Positions 39,090 to 51,246 of a stretch of DNA of 64,000 nt are shown here, piece after piece. The notes beneath the pieces are model-generated. The model did no database searches and was not told the DNA's origin. It saw only the letters and a list, made by a program, of their open reading frames with translations. Numbering within the stretch: position 1 is the first letter of the stretch; every line of letters starts with the position of its first letter. The stretch covers positions 62,001 through 126,000 of the forward strand of contig MU053653.1 in assembly GCA_013239625.1 (NCBI GenBank). Reading direction: 5' to 3'. Position numbers and translations under genes: made by a program. The DNA comes from Lama guanicoe (Eukaryota).

Positions 39090-41125
39090 ACTAACCTAGC
39101 AGTTGAAGCGAAGACTTTGGTGACATCCAACGATTTGTATGTTGACAGTTAACGTCTTTGAATGTACTCTTTTACTTTTCAGTTTTAGAAGCAGTTAAGG
39201 ACGCACACGGAGGAAGTGAAAGTCAGTCCCTGTAGAGGATTTGACGTGGGCCCAGGGAGAACGCGGGGCTTCTGTGGTGCGTGCCTTGGAACCCGCTAGC
39301 CTGGGAAAATCCGAGGCACCTCCCTTTGGGACTCTGGGTGTGTGCGGGGCTGCCATCACTAACCACGTGCAGATTTCAGAAGCTGGTGAAACCATCGTTG
39401 GGTGTCACTACAATGCGGTGGTGAACACCGTGGGCTTTGTTGTCAGACAGACCTGGGTCTGAACATGAACCCTGTTGCTTAGCAGTGCCTGCAGGTCACT
39501 GTGTCTCATCTGTAGAATTGATTGGTGCCACCTCCCTCGTGGGTCCTGTGATCTTTGGAGCACTCGGCCCAGCCTCTGGCATTTAGAAAGCACGGGCTAA
39601 GGGATGGGGACAACCTTTGGTGGCTGCCATGGCTGTGTCTGTGCCCAGACTCGGGGACGACAGGGGTCCCGGGGGCTCTGCATCCAGTGCCCATGCTGCC
39701 CGAACCCCAGGCTCACCTACTTGCCTAGCAGCTCAGACTCAGGAATAAATGAGATTCATGCCCCCTGACCCTCTCAGCCTTTGTACCCCTAGACCACATT
39801 CTCCTGTGACCTCGACTCCCAGTGAGGCCACTCACAGCATCCTGGGCCGCTCCCCTGCAGCCTGCTGGACGTGCAGGGCATGGTTCCCTAGAATAAGAAG
39901 CTGCCTTCACAAGATCCCTGGCGGTTCTCCCGCACGTGGTTTGTGATGTGCTGAACCCCCTGCTGCTCTGCCCTCTTAGGGGCTCACTGTCTTCTGGGCC
40001 CAGGAGACCCCATCCTGCAGCCCCAACCTTCCCACCCTATCCACAGGGACCTCTGTAGCAGGGCCCTCGCTGTCACTGGCCCAGGGACCAGTCCAGGCCC
40101 AGCATCACGGAAACCTAGACTAGCTGCTCCCTCTTCTGGTTCCCTTCTGTGAATGAAGGCTGGTCTCCATTTGCTAAATGTCTGGCTGCTCTGATGGTTG
40201 ATTTGGGACCCATGTGAGGTGGCCTTGGGCTCAAGTCTGGGTGGACACAGCTCCTACTCCAGGCGGCTGTTTCCAGGCTGATCCTCCAGACCCATGTGGG
40301 ACCACATGGACACATGCTCGCCTTCGGCCTTGGTCTGCCCTGAACCATGCACCTGACATGAGTTCAGACACACACACACACATCTGGGCTGTGTTTAGGT
40401 GTTTGCTGGTGGTGGAAATGGGATTTCTAGGTCATTTGGGGTCAGTTGTGTCAATCTCAGAGGCCGCTGGGAAGCAGTTTGGATAGAGATCTACGTGGAA
40501 GCAGTGGGGAGACACATGGTTGGTGCTTTTTTATTACCTGAGTGGGGAGTGACTATCCTGTGTCCTGGCCCAGGGACTGCTGCTACTAAAGGGATGGGCG
40601 TCACTCGCCTCCGTGGAGGAAGGTGAGCATTTCTGAGCGGGTCATACCAGCCAGAGAAGCAGAAGCCAGCGGGCAGTCTGCAGAGCTGCCTCTTGGCCCA
40701 CGCCCACCAGTGAGGACTGGGCAGGGACTCTGGCCCCTGTGGCAGCTCCTCCCTCCCTCATGACCTGGAGCCCCGGGTTGTAGGGTCTCACAGGTAGTGA
40801 GCTCCCTACTCGCGTATTTGGGGCAGGACAGGGGGTGTCCGTTCCTCCGGGCCCCACGTGAGCTGTGGCCCCTGGGGTGCCCGGCCTGGAGCACAGCTCT
40901 AAATGCCGGGGTCCAGGTGTAGCTCAGTCTGGCTGCGAGGGCCCAGAGCTTTGGCTCAACACTGGCCATCAGAAGAGGCTGACGCAGCTCTGTGCGCTGG
41001 CCTGGCAGCTGCAGCACAGGCCGGCCCTAGGGCCAAGGGGCAGTGGCCCGGGAGGAGAGGGGAGCCCCAGGAGCCCAGGACACTCTCCACCCTGCTTGCC
41101 TCTGTGGTTTCCTCTTCCTAAGTGA
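39090..41125 (+). repeat. ~2.04 kb segment duplicated at 43249-45284
   Basis: Offset 4159; only two substitutions noticed by eye; the ORF-track entries recur at the same offset. Confidence 0.95.
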
Positions 41126-41629
41126 TTCTGCCCTGAAACTTCTGGCCGATACCTGGCACGCTCTTTTGTCTCCTCTCTCTCTTTCCAGCCACCTAACTAG
41201 TCTGCAATGCTCTCCCTTCTCCCTGCTCCTTTCCAACCATCCCAGCCCCAGCCCTCCGTGAAGCTGTCCCTCGCCTCCGAGCACCTTCCTAGCTTGCCCA
41301 CAAGGTTGGCCCTGAGTCAGTGCAGGCTCCCGCGAGCTGGCGTGGCCCTGACGTGGCTGTGAGGTCTCAGGGTCAGTGTTCTCCACAAGGTCAGTTATAC
41401 TCATGCAGCACTTCTGGGTCACCCACTGCCCCATGCGTGAGGAGCAGTGTGGGGTGTGTGTGTGTGAGATACATGTTCTGTCGTAAGGAACTCAGTCTGG
41501 AAGGGAGGACAAAGCATGGCACAGGGAGTAAAATAGGAGTCAGAGCCCACGAGGGTGAGAGGAGGGGTGAGTGAGAAAGGGGTGGGGTGAGTGGCCTCCA
41601 GGGCAGGTCACAGAGGGTGAAGAGAATTT

Positions 41630-42150
41630 TGTCACTGAACCAGGTTTGCCTGCAAGCCAAACACTGTGAGCCGAGGTTTGCAGCAGGGAAAGGGTTCATT
41701 TTCAAGGCAGCCGAGTGAGGAGAGGGAGGATGAACCTCAGCTCTGCCTCCCTGAAGACCAGGGGCTTGAGATGCTCCTGGGATAAAGAAGCAGGGTGGGC
41801 TGAGGCGGGGGAAAGGGGACTGGAGGCAGAGAAAAGATGAGGTAATTGGTGTTCTGCACAGGCCCAGTTTTAGGGTCGGTCATCCCAACCAGTCTTAGCC
41901 AGTCTGAACTAGGCGGGAGCTGACTCCAGGTTTCTGGGAGACAGCTCGAGCCCCCCTTACTGTAGTAACTCGTACATCAGAAGCCTGAGCTACAGGGCAG
42001 TTAAGAAGTCTGGTGACATGTCACCTGGGCCACGGGAAGCTCGGAGGGCATGCAGCTAGAGAAGGAACAACAACAGCAGAAGAGACTCAGTAAAGGCGGG
42101 GCCGCCTGTCCTTGTCTGCTGCTCTGGAAGGCACACTCAGCTCCTGTTAA
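41630..42150 (-). mobile_element. ERV LTR fragment
   Basis: tgtcactgaaccaggtttgcc...aagccaaacactg...gaggtttgcagcagggaaagggttcattttcaaggcagccgagtgaggag is a typical antisense LTR start. Confidence 0.55.
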
Positions 42151-42288
42151 CTGTGGGGCATGGTCCCAGTGCAGCTGAGTGACGGGGCTGCCCCAGAGTA
42201 GGGCTGCTTGAGCACAGGCATGGGGCAGGAAGTGCCGGCTGCCCGGGAGGCAGGGCCTGTTTCTGGCCTCCAGGAGGTCCTGGCTCCC

Positions 42289-43248
42289 NNNNNNNNNNNN
42301 NNNNNNNNNNNNNNNNNNNNNNNNNNNNNNNNNNNNNNNNNNNNNNNNNNNNNNNNNNNNNNNNNNNNNNNNNNNNNNNNNNNNNNNNNNNNNNNNNNNN
42401 NNNNNNNNNNNNNNNNNNNNNNNNNNNNNNNNNNNNNNNNNNNNNNNNNNNNNNNNNNNNNNNNNNNNNNNNNNNNNNNNNNNNNNNNNNNNNNNNNNNN
42501 NNNNNNNNNNNNNNNNNNNNNNNNNNNNNNNNNNNNNNNNNNNNNNNNNNNNNNNNNNNNNNNNNNNNNNNNNNNNNNNNNNNNNNNNNNNNNNNNNNNN
42601 NNNNNNNNNNNNNNNNNNNNNNNNNNNNNNNNNNNNNNNNNNNNNNNNNNNNNNNNNNNNNNNNNNNNNNNNNNNNNNNNNNNNNNNNNNNNNNNNNNNN
42701 NNNNNNNNNNNNNNNNNNNNNNNNNNNNNNNNNNNNNNNNNNNNNNNNNNNNNNNNNNNNNNNNNNNNNNNNNNNNNNNNNNNNNNNNNNNNNNNNNNNN
42801 NNNNNNNNNNNNNNNNNNNNNNNNNNNNNNNNNNNNNNNNNNNNNNNNNNNNNNNNNNNNNNNNNNNNNNNNNNNNNNNNNNNNNNNNNNNNNNNNNNNN
42901 NNNNNNNNNNNNNNNNNNNNNNNNNNNNNNNNNNNNNNNNNNNNNNNNNNNNNNNNNNNNNNNNNNNNNNNNNNNNNNNNNNNNNNNNNNNNNNNNNNNN
43001 NNNNNNNNNNNNNNNNNNNNNNNNNNNNNNNNNNNNNNNNNNNNNNNNNNNNNNNNNNNNNNNNNNNNNNNNNNNNNNNNNNNNNNNNNNNNNNNNNNNN
43101 NNNNNNNNNNNNNNNNNNNNNNNNNNNNNNNNNNNNNNNNNNNNNNNNNNNNNNNNNNNNNNNNNNNNNNNNNNNNNNNNNNNNNNNNNNNNNNNNNNNN
43201 NNNNNNNNNNNNNNNNNNNNNNNNNNNNNNNNNNNNNNNNNNNNNNNN
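42289..43248. other. Assembly gap (960 N)
   Basis: Run of n characters. Confidence 1.
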
Positions 43249-45284
43249 ACTAACCTAGCAGTTGAAGCGAAGACTTTGGTGACATCCAACGATTTGTATG
43301 TTGACAGTTAACGTCTTTGAATGTACTCTTTTACTTTTCAGTTTTAGAAGCAGTTAAGGACGCACACGGAGGAAGTGAAAGTCAGTCCCTGTAGAGGATT
43401 TGACGTGGGCCCAGGGAGAACGCGGGGCTTCTGTGGTGCGTGCCTTGGAACCCGCTAGCCTGGGAAAATCCGAGGCACCTCCCTTTGGGACTCTGGGTGT
43501 GTGCGGGGCTGCCATCACTAACCACGTGCAGATTTCAGAAGCTGGTGAAACCATCGTTGGGTGTCACTACAATGCGGTGGTGAACACCGTGGGCTTTGTT
43601 GTCAGACAGACCTGGGTCTGAACATGAACCCTGTTGCTTAGCAGTGCCTGCAAGTCACTGTGTCTCATCTGTAGAATTGATTGGTGCCACCTCCCTCGTG
43701 GGTCCTGTGATCTTTGGAGCACTCGGCCCAGCCTCTGGCATTTAGAAAGCACGGGCTAAGGGATGGGGACAACCTTTGGTGGCTGCCATGGCTGTGTCTG
43801 TGCCCAGACTCGGGGACGACAGGGGTCCCGGGGGCTCTGCATCCAGTGCCCATGCTGCCCGAACCCCAGGCTCACCTACTTGCCTAGCAGCTCAGACTCA
43901 GGAATAAATGAGATTCATGCCCCCTGACCCTCTCAGCCTTTGTACCCCTAGACCACATTCTCCTGTGACCTCGACTCCCAGTGAGGCCACTCACAGCATC
44001 CTGGGCCGCTCCCCTGCAGCCTGCTGGACGTGCAGGGCATGGTTCCCTAGAATAAGAAGCTGCCTTCACAAGATCCCTGGCGGTTCTCCTGCACGTGGTT
44101 TGTGATGTGCTGAACCCCCTGCTGCTCTGCCCTCTTAGGGGCTCACTGTCTTCTGGGCCCAGGAGACCCCATCCTGCAGCCCCAACCTTCCCACCCTATC
44201 CACAGGGACCTCTGTAGCAGGGCCCTCGCTGTCACTGGCCCAGGGACCAGTCCAGGCCCAGCATCACGGAAACCTAGACTAGCTGCTCCCTCTTCTGGTT
44301 CCCTTCTGTGAATGAAGGCTGGTCTCCATTTGCTAAATGTCTGGCTGCTCTGATGGTTGATTTGGGACCCATGTGAGGTGGCCTTGGGCTCAAGTCTGGG
44401 TGGACACAGCTCCTACTCCAGGCGGCTGTTTCCAGGCTGATCCTCCAGACCCATGTGGGACCACATGGACACATGCTCGCCTTCGGCCTTGGTCTGCCCT
44501 GAACCATGCACCTGACATGAGTTCAGACACACACACACACATCTGGGCTGTGTTTAGGTGTTTGCTGGTGGTGGAAATGGGATTTCTAGGTCATTTGGGG
44601 TCAGTTGTGTCAATCTCAGAGGCCGCTGGGAAGCAGTTTGGATAGAGATCTACGTGGAAGCAGTGGGGAGACACATGGTTGGTGCTTTTTTATTACCTGA
44701 GTGGGGAGTGACTATCCTGTGTCCTGGCCCAGGGACTGCTGCTACTAAAGGGATGGGCGTCACTCGCCTCCGTGGAGGAAGGTGAGCATTTCTGAGCGGG
44801 TCATACCAGCCAGAGAAGCAGAAGCCAGCGGGCAGTCTGCAGAGCTGCCTCTTGGCCCACGCCCACCAGTGAGGACTGGGCAGGGACTCTGGCCCCTGTG
44901 GCAGCTCCTCCCTCCCTCATGACCTGGAGCCCCGGGTTGTAGGGTCTCACAGGTAGTGAGCTCCCTACTCGCGTATTTGGGGCAGGACAGGGGGTGTCCG
45001 TTCCTCCGGGCCCCACGTGAGCTGTGGCCCCTGGGGTGCCCGGCCTGGAGCACAGCTCTAAATGCCGGGGTCCAGGTGTAGCTCAGTCTGGCTGCGAGGG
45101 CCCAGAGCTTTGGCTCAACACTGGCCATCAGAAGAGGCTGACGCAGCTCTGTGCGCTGGCCTGGCAGCTGCAGCACAGGCCGGCCCTAGGGCCAAGGGGC
45201 AGTGGCCCGGGAGGAGAGGGGAGCCCCAGGAGCCCAGGACACTCTCCACCCTGCTTGCCTCTGTGGTTTCCTCTTCCTAAGTGA
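43249..45284 (+). repeat. Second copy of 39090-41125, starting exactly at the gap edge
   Basis: Near-identical sequence abutting the N run. Confidence 0.95.
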
Positions 45285-48200
45285 AAGCTCAGGGAAGGAA
45301 CGGTAGACACGCTGGGAAGAGGATAATACCAGAGGCTGGCGCCTGCATTTGGGTTTCTCGGGGGGACCCGCTGTGGGGTTCAGGGACACTTCAGAGCCAG
45401 AGGAAGACACAGCTCCTGCAGCCCCTCTGGGAAGGATGTCTGTGCTCTTCGTGGCTGTGACAAGGCCCTCTGTTCCTTGTTTACACACAAGATAAAACTT
45501 CCCTCAGTTGTTTGTGAGCTTAGGTGCCCTTTCTTGTGGTTTTGTCTTAAGAGGTCAGATTGATGAAGAATTGATTTTCCAGACATCCCCCCCACCCCAA
45601 ACATCAAGGCTCAGGCACACGCTCTGCTCCGAGCAGAACCCTCTGTATTCAGGGAGCATCTCAGCTCCTGGGCCCCCAACTCCTAGGGCCACTGTGCAGG
45701 TGGGCCACTCCCCGGTTGTGAAGAGGGAGTCCTTGGTGAACAAGGTTTCTCGGTGCTGACGCCCACTCCGGGAAGCCTGGTAAGAAGCGATGCCTGACCG
45801 TGCCCTCCACCGCCCAGGACATTGCCGGCCCTAGCAGCTCAGCAAGGCAGGAGCCAGGGTGACAGAAGGGAGGTGCTGGGCATGGGTGCAAAGGTCAGGG
45901 GGGCTCCAGACACTCAGGTCAAGAGAAACAGTATTTTAATGCAGTATTAAAGATCAAACTGGCAAACTGAGGCCCACAAGCTGGCCGCCTGCTTTAGTAA
46001 ATACAGTTTTACGGAGTGCAGGGCAGGCACGGCTGAAGCATCACTTCTGTCTCATGCCTCTGTCCCCCTGCCGTCCCTGGGTCTAGCCCTCCAGAGACCT
46101 GAGTTGGGCTAGGGTGCGGTGCAGGTGTGGGGGGCACCCTTGCTCCAGAGCCACGGCTGCTGGTCAGGCTGCATCTGGAAGAGCTGTTTCCATCGCTCTC
46201 TCTGCAGGTGCCCTTCCCCAGTCTTTCCGGGACATCTGTTTCCTGAGACACCTGCAAACGCACGGTGACTGTGCCTCCCTGACCCTGGATGCAGCCCTTA
46301 GCCCTCCTGGGGTAGGCTGCCGCCTGCCAAAGAGAACAGGCAAAGCTGGCCCTTGGCTGGTGGGCTTTCTGGCCAGAGCTGGTTGTTTTGGCCTGAACTG
46401 CTTTCTGTGGAAAGCGCTGTGACTCCGTGGGGCCCACGCCATGAGACTCAGCCGTCTGCGGACACCTTAAGAGCTGAGACTCACCACAAACCTGTTGCCT
46501 TCCCTTGGCGACAGCTGGCCCGGCCTGGCCTCGTCTTTCTGGAGCACTAAGGCTTGAGCAGTGAGCTGGAAGAACTCCTCATTCAGCTCATCCAGGTTGT
46601 CTTCCACCTGCCGCATCTTTCTCTAGAAATAAGTGACACAGGGTCTTCATTACTTTCACTTTTATTCTAATTCATTAAAAATTCGTGAAGCTTCTGCTCT
46701 GCGACAGGCTGTGGCATCAGTGCTGGACATAGAGAGTTGAAGTCAAGTCTGATCTCCAAGGGCTCAGTGCCTAAAGGAAAGTAGACCCAGACCTACAGTC
46801 CAGTCTGGCGAAAGCTGTTGTGGAGGGACACACAGGGGCTACAGGAGCAAGAAGCAGGACACCTGAAACAGGCAGGCGTGATCACAGAGAGCTTTCTGGA
46901 AGAGGAGAGACATCTCAGCTGAATCTTAACAATGAATAGGGATTAACTGGGTGGACAATGGGAGAAGGGCATGCTAGGCGAAGGGAACTGCATGTGTGGA
47001 AACACAGAGACACAAGATTGCACAGGGAACATTCATCCAACTGTCAGTTCATCCATGCATGCATGCATCCATCCCTGCATCATTCATCCATCCACCTATC
47101 CCTGCATCATCCACCTATCCATCCATCCACTCATAAGTAAAGGAAGATTTATTGAGCACCCAGTATGTATCAAGCCAATGGTTGGTTCTGGGACTCAATT
47201 AGTGAACATCCACAGGGTCAAGATGGCAGATTCTCCGTACAACTTGTGCTGGGTCCCTGCACCTGGCTGCCGCACACTGGAGCTGATGCCACAGCTTCCC
47301 TGAGGAGCCACCCCTCAGCTAAGCGTGACCCCTTTGGAAGGGGTCTGGATGAAGCTCAGGGACGGAACGGTAGACACGCTGGGAAGAGGATAATATCAGA
47401 GGCTGGCGCCTGCATTTGGGTTTCTCGGGGGGACCTGCTGTGGGGTTCAGGGACACTTCAGAGCCAGAGGAAGACACAGCTCCTGCAGCCCCTCTGGGAA
47501 GGATGTCTGTGCTCTTCGTGGCTGTGACAAGGCCCTCTGTTCCTTGTTTACACACAAGATAAAACTTCCCTCAGTTGTTTGTGAGCTTAGGTGCCCTTTC
47601 TTGTGGTTTTGTCTTAAGAGGTCAGATTGATGAAGAATTGATTTTCCAGACATCCCCCCCACCCCAAACATCAAGGCTCAGGCACACGCTCTGCTCCGAG
47701 CAGAACCCTCTGTATTCAGGGAGCATCTCAGCTCCTGGGCCCCCAACTCCTAGGGCCACTGTGCAGGTGGGCCACTCCCCGGTTGTGAAGAGGGAGTCCT
47801 TGGTGAACAAGGTTTCTCGGTGCTGACGCCCACTCCGGGAAGCCTGGTAAGAAGCGATGCCTGACCGTGCCCTCCACCGCCCAGGACATTGCCGGCCCTA
47901 GCAGCTCAGCAAGGCAGGAGCCAGGGTGACAGAAGGGAGGTGCTGGGCATGGGTGCAAAGGTCAGGGGGGCTCCAGACACTCAGGTCAAGAGAAACAGTA
48001 TTTTAATGCAGTATTAAAGATCAAACTGGCAAACTGAGGCCCACAAGCTGGCCGCCTGCTTTAGTAAATACAGTTTTACGGAGTGCAGGGCAGGCACGGC
48101 TGAAGCATCACTTCTGTCTCATGCCTCTGTCCCCCTGCCGTCCCTGGGTCTAGCCCTCCAGAGACCTGAGTTGGGCTAGGGTGCGGTGCAGGTGTGGGGG

Positions 48201-49297
48201 GCACCCTTGCTCCAGAGCCACGGCTGCTGGTCAGGCTGCATCTGGAAGAGCTGTTTCCATCGCTCTCTCTGCAGGTGCCCTTCCCCAGTCTTTCCGGGAC
48301 ATCTGTTTCCTGAGACACCTGCAAACGCACGGTGACTGTGCCTCCCTGACCCTGGATGCAGCCCTTAGCCCTCCTGGGGTAGGCTGCCGCCTGCCAAAGA
48401 GAACAGGCAAAGCTGGCCCTTGGCTGGTGGGCTTTCTGGCCAGAGCTGGTTGTTTTGGCCTGAACTGCTTTCTGTGGAAAGCGCTGTGACTCCGTGGGGC
48501 CCACGCCATGAGACTCAGCCGTCTGCGGACACCTTAAGAGCTGAGACTCACCACAAACCTGTTGCCTTCCCTTGGCGACAGCTGGCCCGGCCTGGCCTCG
48601 TCTTTCTGGAGCACTAAGGCTTGAGCAGTGAGCTGGAAGAACTCCTCATTCAGCTCATCCAGGTTGTCTTCCACCTGCCGCATCTTTCTCTAGAAATAAG
48701 TGACACAGGGTCTTCATTACTTTCACTTTTATTCTAATTCATTAAAAATTCGTGAAGCTTCTGCTCTGCGACAGGCTGTGGCATCAGTGCTGGACATAGA
48801 GAGTTGAAGTCAAGTCTGATCTCCAAGGGCTCAGTGCCTAAAGGAAAGTAGACCCAGACCTACAGTCCAGTCTGGCGAAAGCTGTTGTGGAGGGACACAC
48901 AGGGGCTACAGGAGCAAGAAGCAGGACACCTGAAACAGGCAGGCGTGATCACAGAGAGCTTTCTGGAAGAGGAGAGACATCTCAGCTGAATCTTAACAAT
49001 GAATAGGGATTAACTGGGTGGACAATGGGAGAAGGGCATGCTAGGCGAAGGGAACTGCATGTGTGGAAACACAGAGACACAAGATTGCACAGGGAACATT
49101 CATCCAACTGTCAGTTCATCCATGCATGCATGCATCCATCCCTGCATCATTCATCCATCCACCTATCCCTGCATCATCCACCTATCCATCCATCCACTCA
49201 TAAGTAAAGGAAGATTTATTGAGCACCCAGTATGTATCAAGCCAATGGTTGGTTCTGGGACTCAATTAGTGAACATCCACAGGGTCAAGATGGCAGA
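45285..49297 (+). repeat. Tandem duplication: 45285-47230 and 47352-49297 (~1.95 kb each, 121 bp spacer)
   Basis: Offset 2067; the few mismatches seen are in the first ~90 bp. Confidence 0.95.
48552..48689 (-). CDS. Gene C exon: RKMRQVEDNLDELNEEFFQLTAQALVLQKDEARPGQLSPREGNRFV (coiled-coil-like; second copy at 46485-46622)
   Basis: ttatttctag / gtgagt; 138 bp, phase 0>0. Confidence 0.8.
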
Positions 49298-49447
49298 CAC
49301 AGAACAAGGAATTATCAGCGACCAGTGTTACCTGAGGGGATGTTCAGGTTGCTGTGGGAAATAGTCAAAATTCAGTTAGTGATAGCATCGAATTTATTTG
49401 GAAAAGTAGAAGGAGGTGATGCAGGAGATACAAGGACAGCAGGCTGC

Positions 49448-51246
49448 AAAGGGTCTTGTGTGCCAGTCTTGGCTCCAATGGCAGAGACTTCTTGTTAATT
49501 TTGTGGGAGTGTCAGCATTTCCAGATGAAGAACTGCTTGTTTCAGACACTCTTATGGACAGAGATGATCATGTGACTAAGTTCTGGCCAAGCAGGTATAA
49601 AAGGAAATTGCTGAGGGAATGGATTCTAGAAAACCTTTTACAAGAGAGAGCTGCCTCAGTTACCCTTTTACCTTCCTGCCTTTCTAGTGCCTGTCATATG
49701 ACTGGACGTGACCGTGAAGATGAAGTCATGGCCGGGGTCACAAAGCAGAGCCATGGAGGCAAGGGTCAAGTTTGTAGACCATCATGATGCTGATGGCTTT
49801 GCTTTGAATGTGGTAAATTTAAGCTACCTGCAGGGCATCCCATGAGTTCACACAGCAACCGATGCAAGGTGAACTCAGCTGTCATGAAAAGCCCACCTCT
49901 TGCTCCGCATATGAAATGCCAGATAAAATGCAAACACAAATGCAGAGCCACAGCTGAATGGAAACTCTTTTGATGCCGAAGGTGAAGACACAGACTGGGG
50001 TAGGAGAGAGCTGAAGGCTCCTCCTTGGAGGCCAAGGCATTAACTCCCACTTTGGGCAGATGTTGAGGCCGTGAAGACATTTATGGTAGAAACTGAGTCA
50101 AGCATGGGTGGAAGTGGCTGAAATATCCCTCCCAGTCACCTTTCCCCCAAACCTGTGTTTGACTTCTGTCTCCCAGAGTCACACCACGGTGTGCAGGTAA
50201 CAAGCAGGGCTGAGTGGTGGCGCAGCTGGATGGCACAGACCTCAGAGCAGGCGATGGAGCACGTGGTGGCCCGGAGCACCCCTGACGTGAACGGCCCCCG
50301 TCACAGAGCCCGGGTCCTACCTGCAGCCCAGGAAAGGCTCCAGTCCTGCGTCCACGTCCCCGGCTCTCAGCGTCTGTTCCTTTGGCGTCACCCTGGGGGA
50401 GCCGCCCAGGTCCTGACTGCTGCTGGGGGCTGGGAAGAGGGGCGATGAGAGGCGGGCTCTCAGGCCTCCGCTGCCCAGTAACACTTGGTTCTGCCTGAAC
50501 CAGAACAGAAGAGACACCGGCCGCTTTTGAAACCTCTGTGGGCGTCCGAGGTTAGAGAAAGACGAGGTTTTAATGAGAAGGAGGAACCGGCAAGCCCTTA
50601 GGTCCCCTGTGGCCGGGCTAGCGGACCCTTGCAGCCTTCCTCACCCAGCAGTCTGGTGACTTCCCAATGATGGGAGCAGAACATGCCAGCTGACACGTGC
50701 CAACTGAGGTACTGATGTTTTTGAGGTGAAGCCAAGTGAGAAGCAGCAGATGCAAGAAAAGCTCTGTGCGCCCCCTAGTTGCCTAAAAACAGGACTCACA
50801 TTCTGAAGGTTCCCGCCTCCCCTCTACCAGGAAGGCCTGCAGTTAATCACTGGAGACAACTCTAGATCCTTACCAGCCCAGAGATGTCACCAAAACGTAG
50901 GTAAAAACCTTGCCAAAACTAGCCCCCTCCACCATAAAAGGGTCTTGTGTGCCAGTCTTGGCTCCAACGGCAGAGACTTCTTGTTAATTTTGTGGGAGTG
51001 TCAGCATTTCCAGATGAAGAACTGCTTGTTTCAGACACTCTTATGGACAGAGATGATCATGTGACTGAGTTTTGGCCAAGCAGATATAAAAGGAATTGCT
51101 GAGGGAATGGATTCTAGAAAACCTTTTACAAGAGAGAGCTGCCTCAGTTACCCTTTTACCTTCCTGCCTTTCTAGTGCCTGTCATATGACTGGACGTGAC
51201 CGTGAAGATGAAGTCATGGCCGGGGTCACAAAGCAGAGCCATGGAG
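49448..51246 (+). repeat. ~310 bp direct repeat (49448-49758 and 50937-51246) of MLT1/MaLR-like sequence
   Basis: aaagggtcttgtgtgccagtcttggctccaa...cagagccatggag occurs twice, with a few substitutions and a 1-bp indel. Confidence 0.9.
50321..50429 (-). CDS. Gene C exon: PQQQSGPGRLPQGDAKG...GAFPGLQ
   Basis: cctcttcccag / gtagga; 109 bp, phase 2>0. Confidence 0.65.

Larger units (their letters stand above)
26847..39190 (-). pseudogene. Decayed multi-exon gene B (unitary pseudogene of an unrecognised protein)
   Basis: Phase-compatible chain: 29569-29693, 29302-29399 (NDYLVKKCFALKSDVDSYFWNKLFENYT*IYP), 29120-29213 (GWKELTYSKI*RLRKEL, +1 frameshift), 28539-28694 (FEDIFIQIESRAVRTRVISAVDLSG*EPQRK, +1 frameshift), 28189-28322 (..VCNAQWDAGCLAPFCSATYYNTHPR), 27874-27963 (APFSLVLVHSAASSLGHKEQRSFKTLVTDV), 26847-27446 (putative last exon). 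Upstream candidates: 36653-36778, 37075-37141, ~37565-37771, ~38815-38985, ~39097-39190. Confidence 0.6.

Noticed and set aside
40601..41026. Candidate terminal exon of gene C (also blocks near 47240-47380 and 47780-47843)
   Set aside because: Acceptors exist, but I could not establish phase or motif support, and the region is scrambled by the duplications and gap.
42147..43311. 380-aa and 367-aa ORFs
   Set aside because: They are translations of the N gap.
47030..47135. His/Pro-rich peptide (IHPCIIHPS)
   Set aside because: Degenerate (ATCC)n simple repeat next to old LINE2-like sequence.
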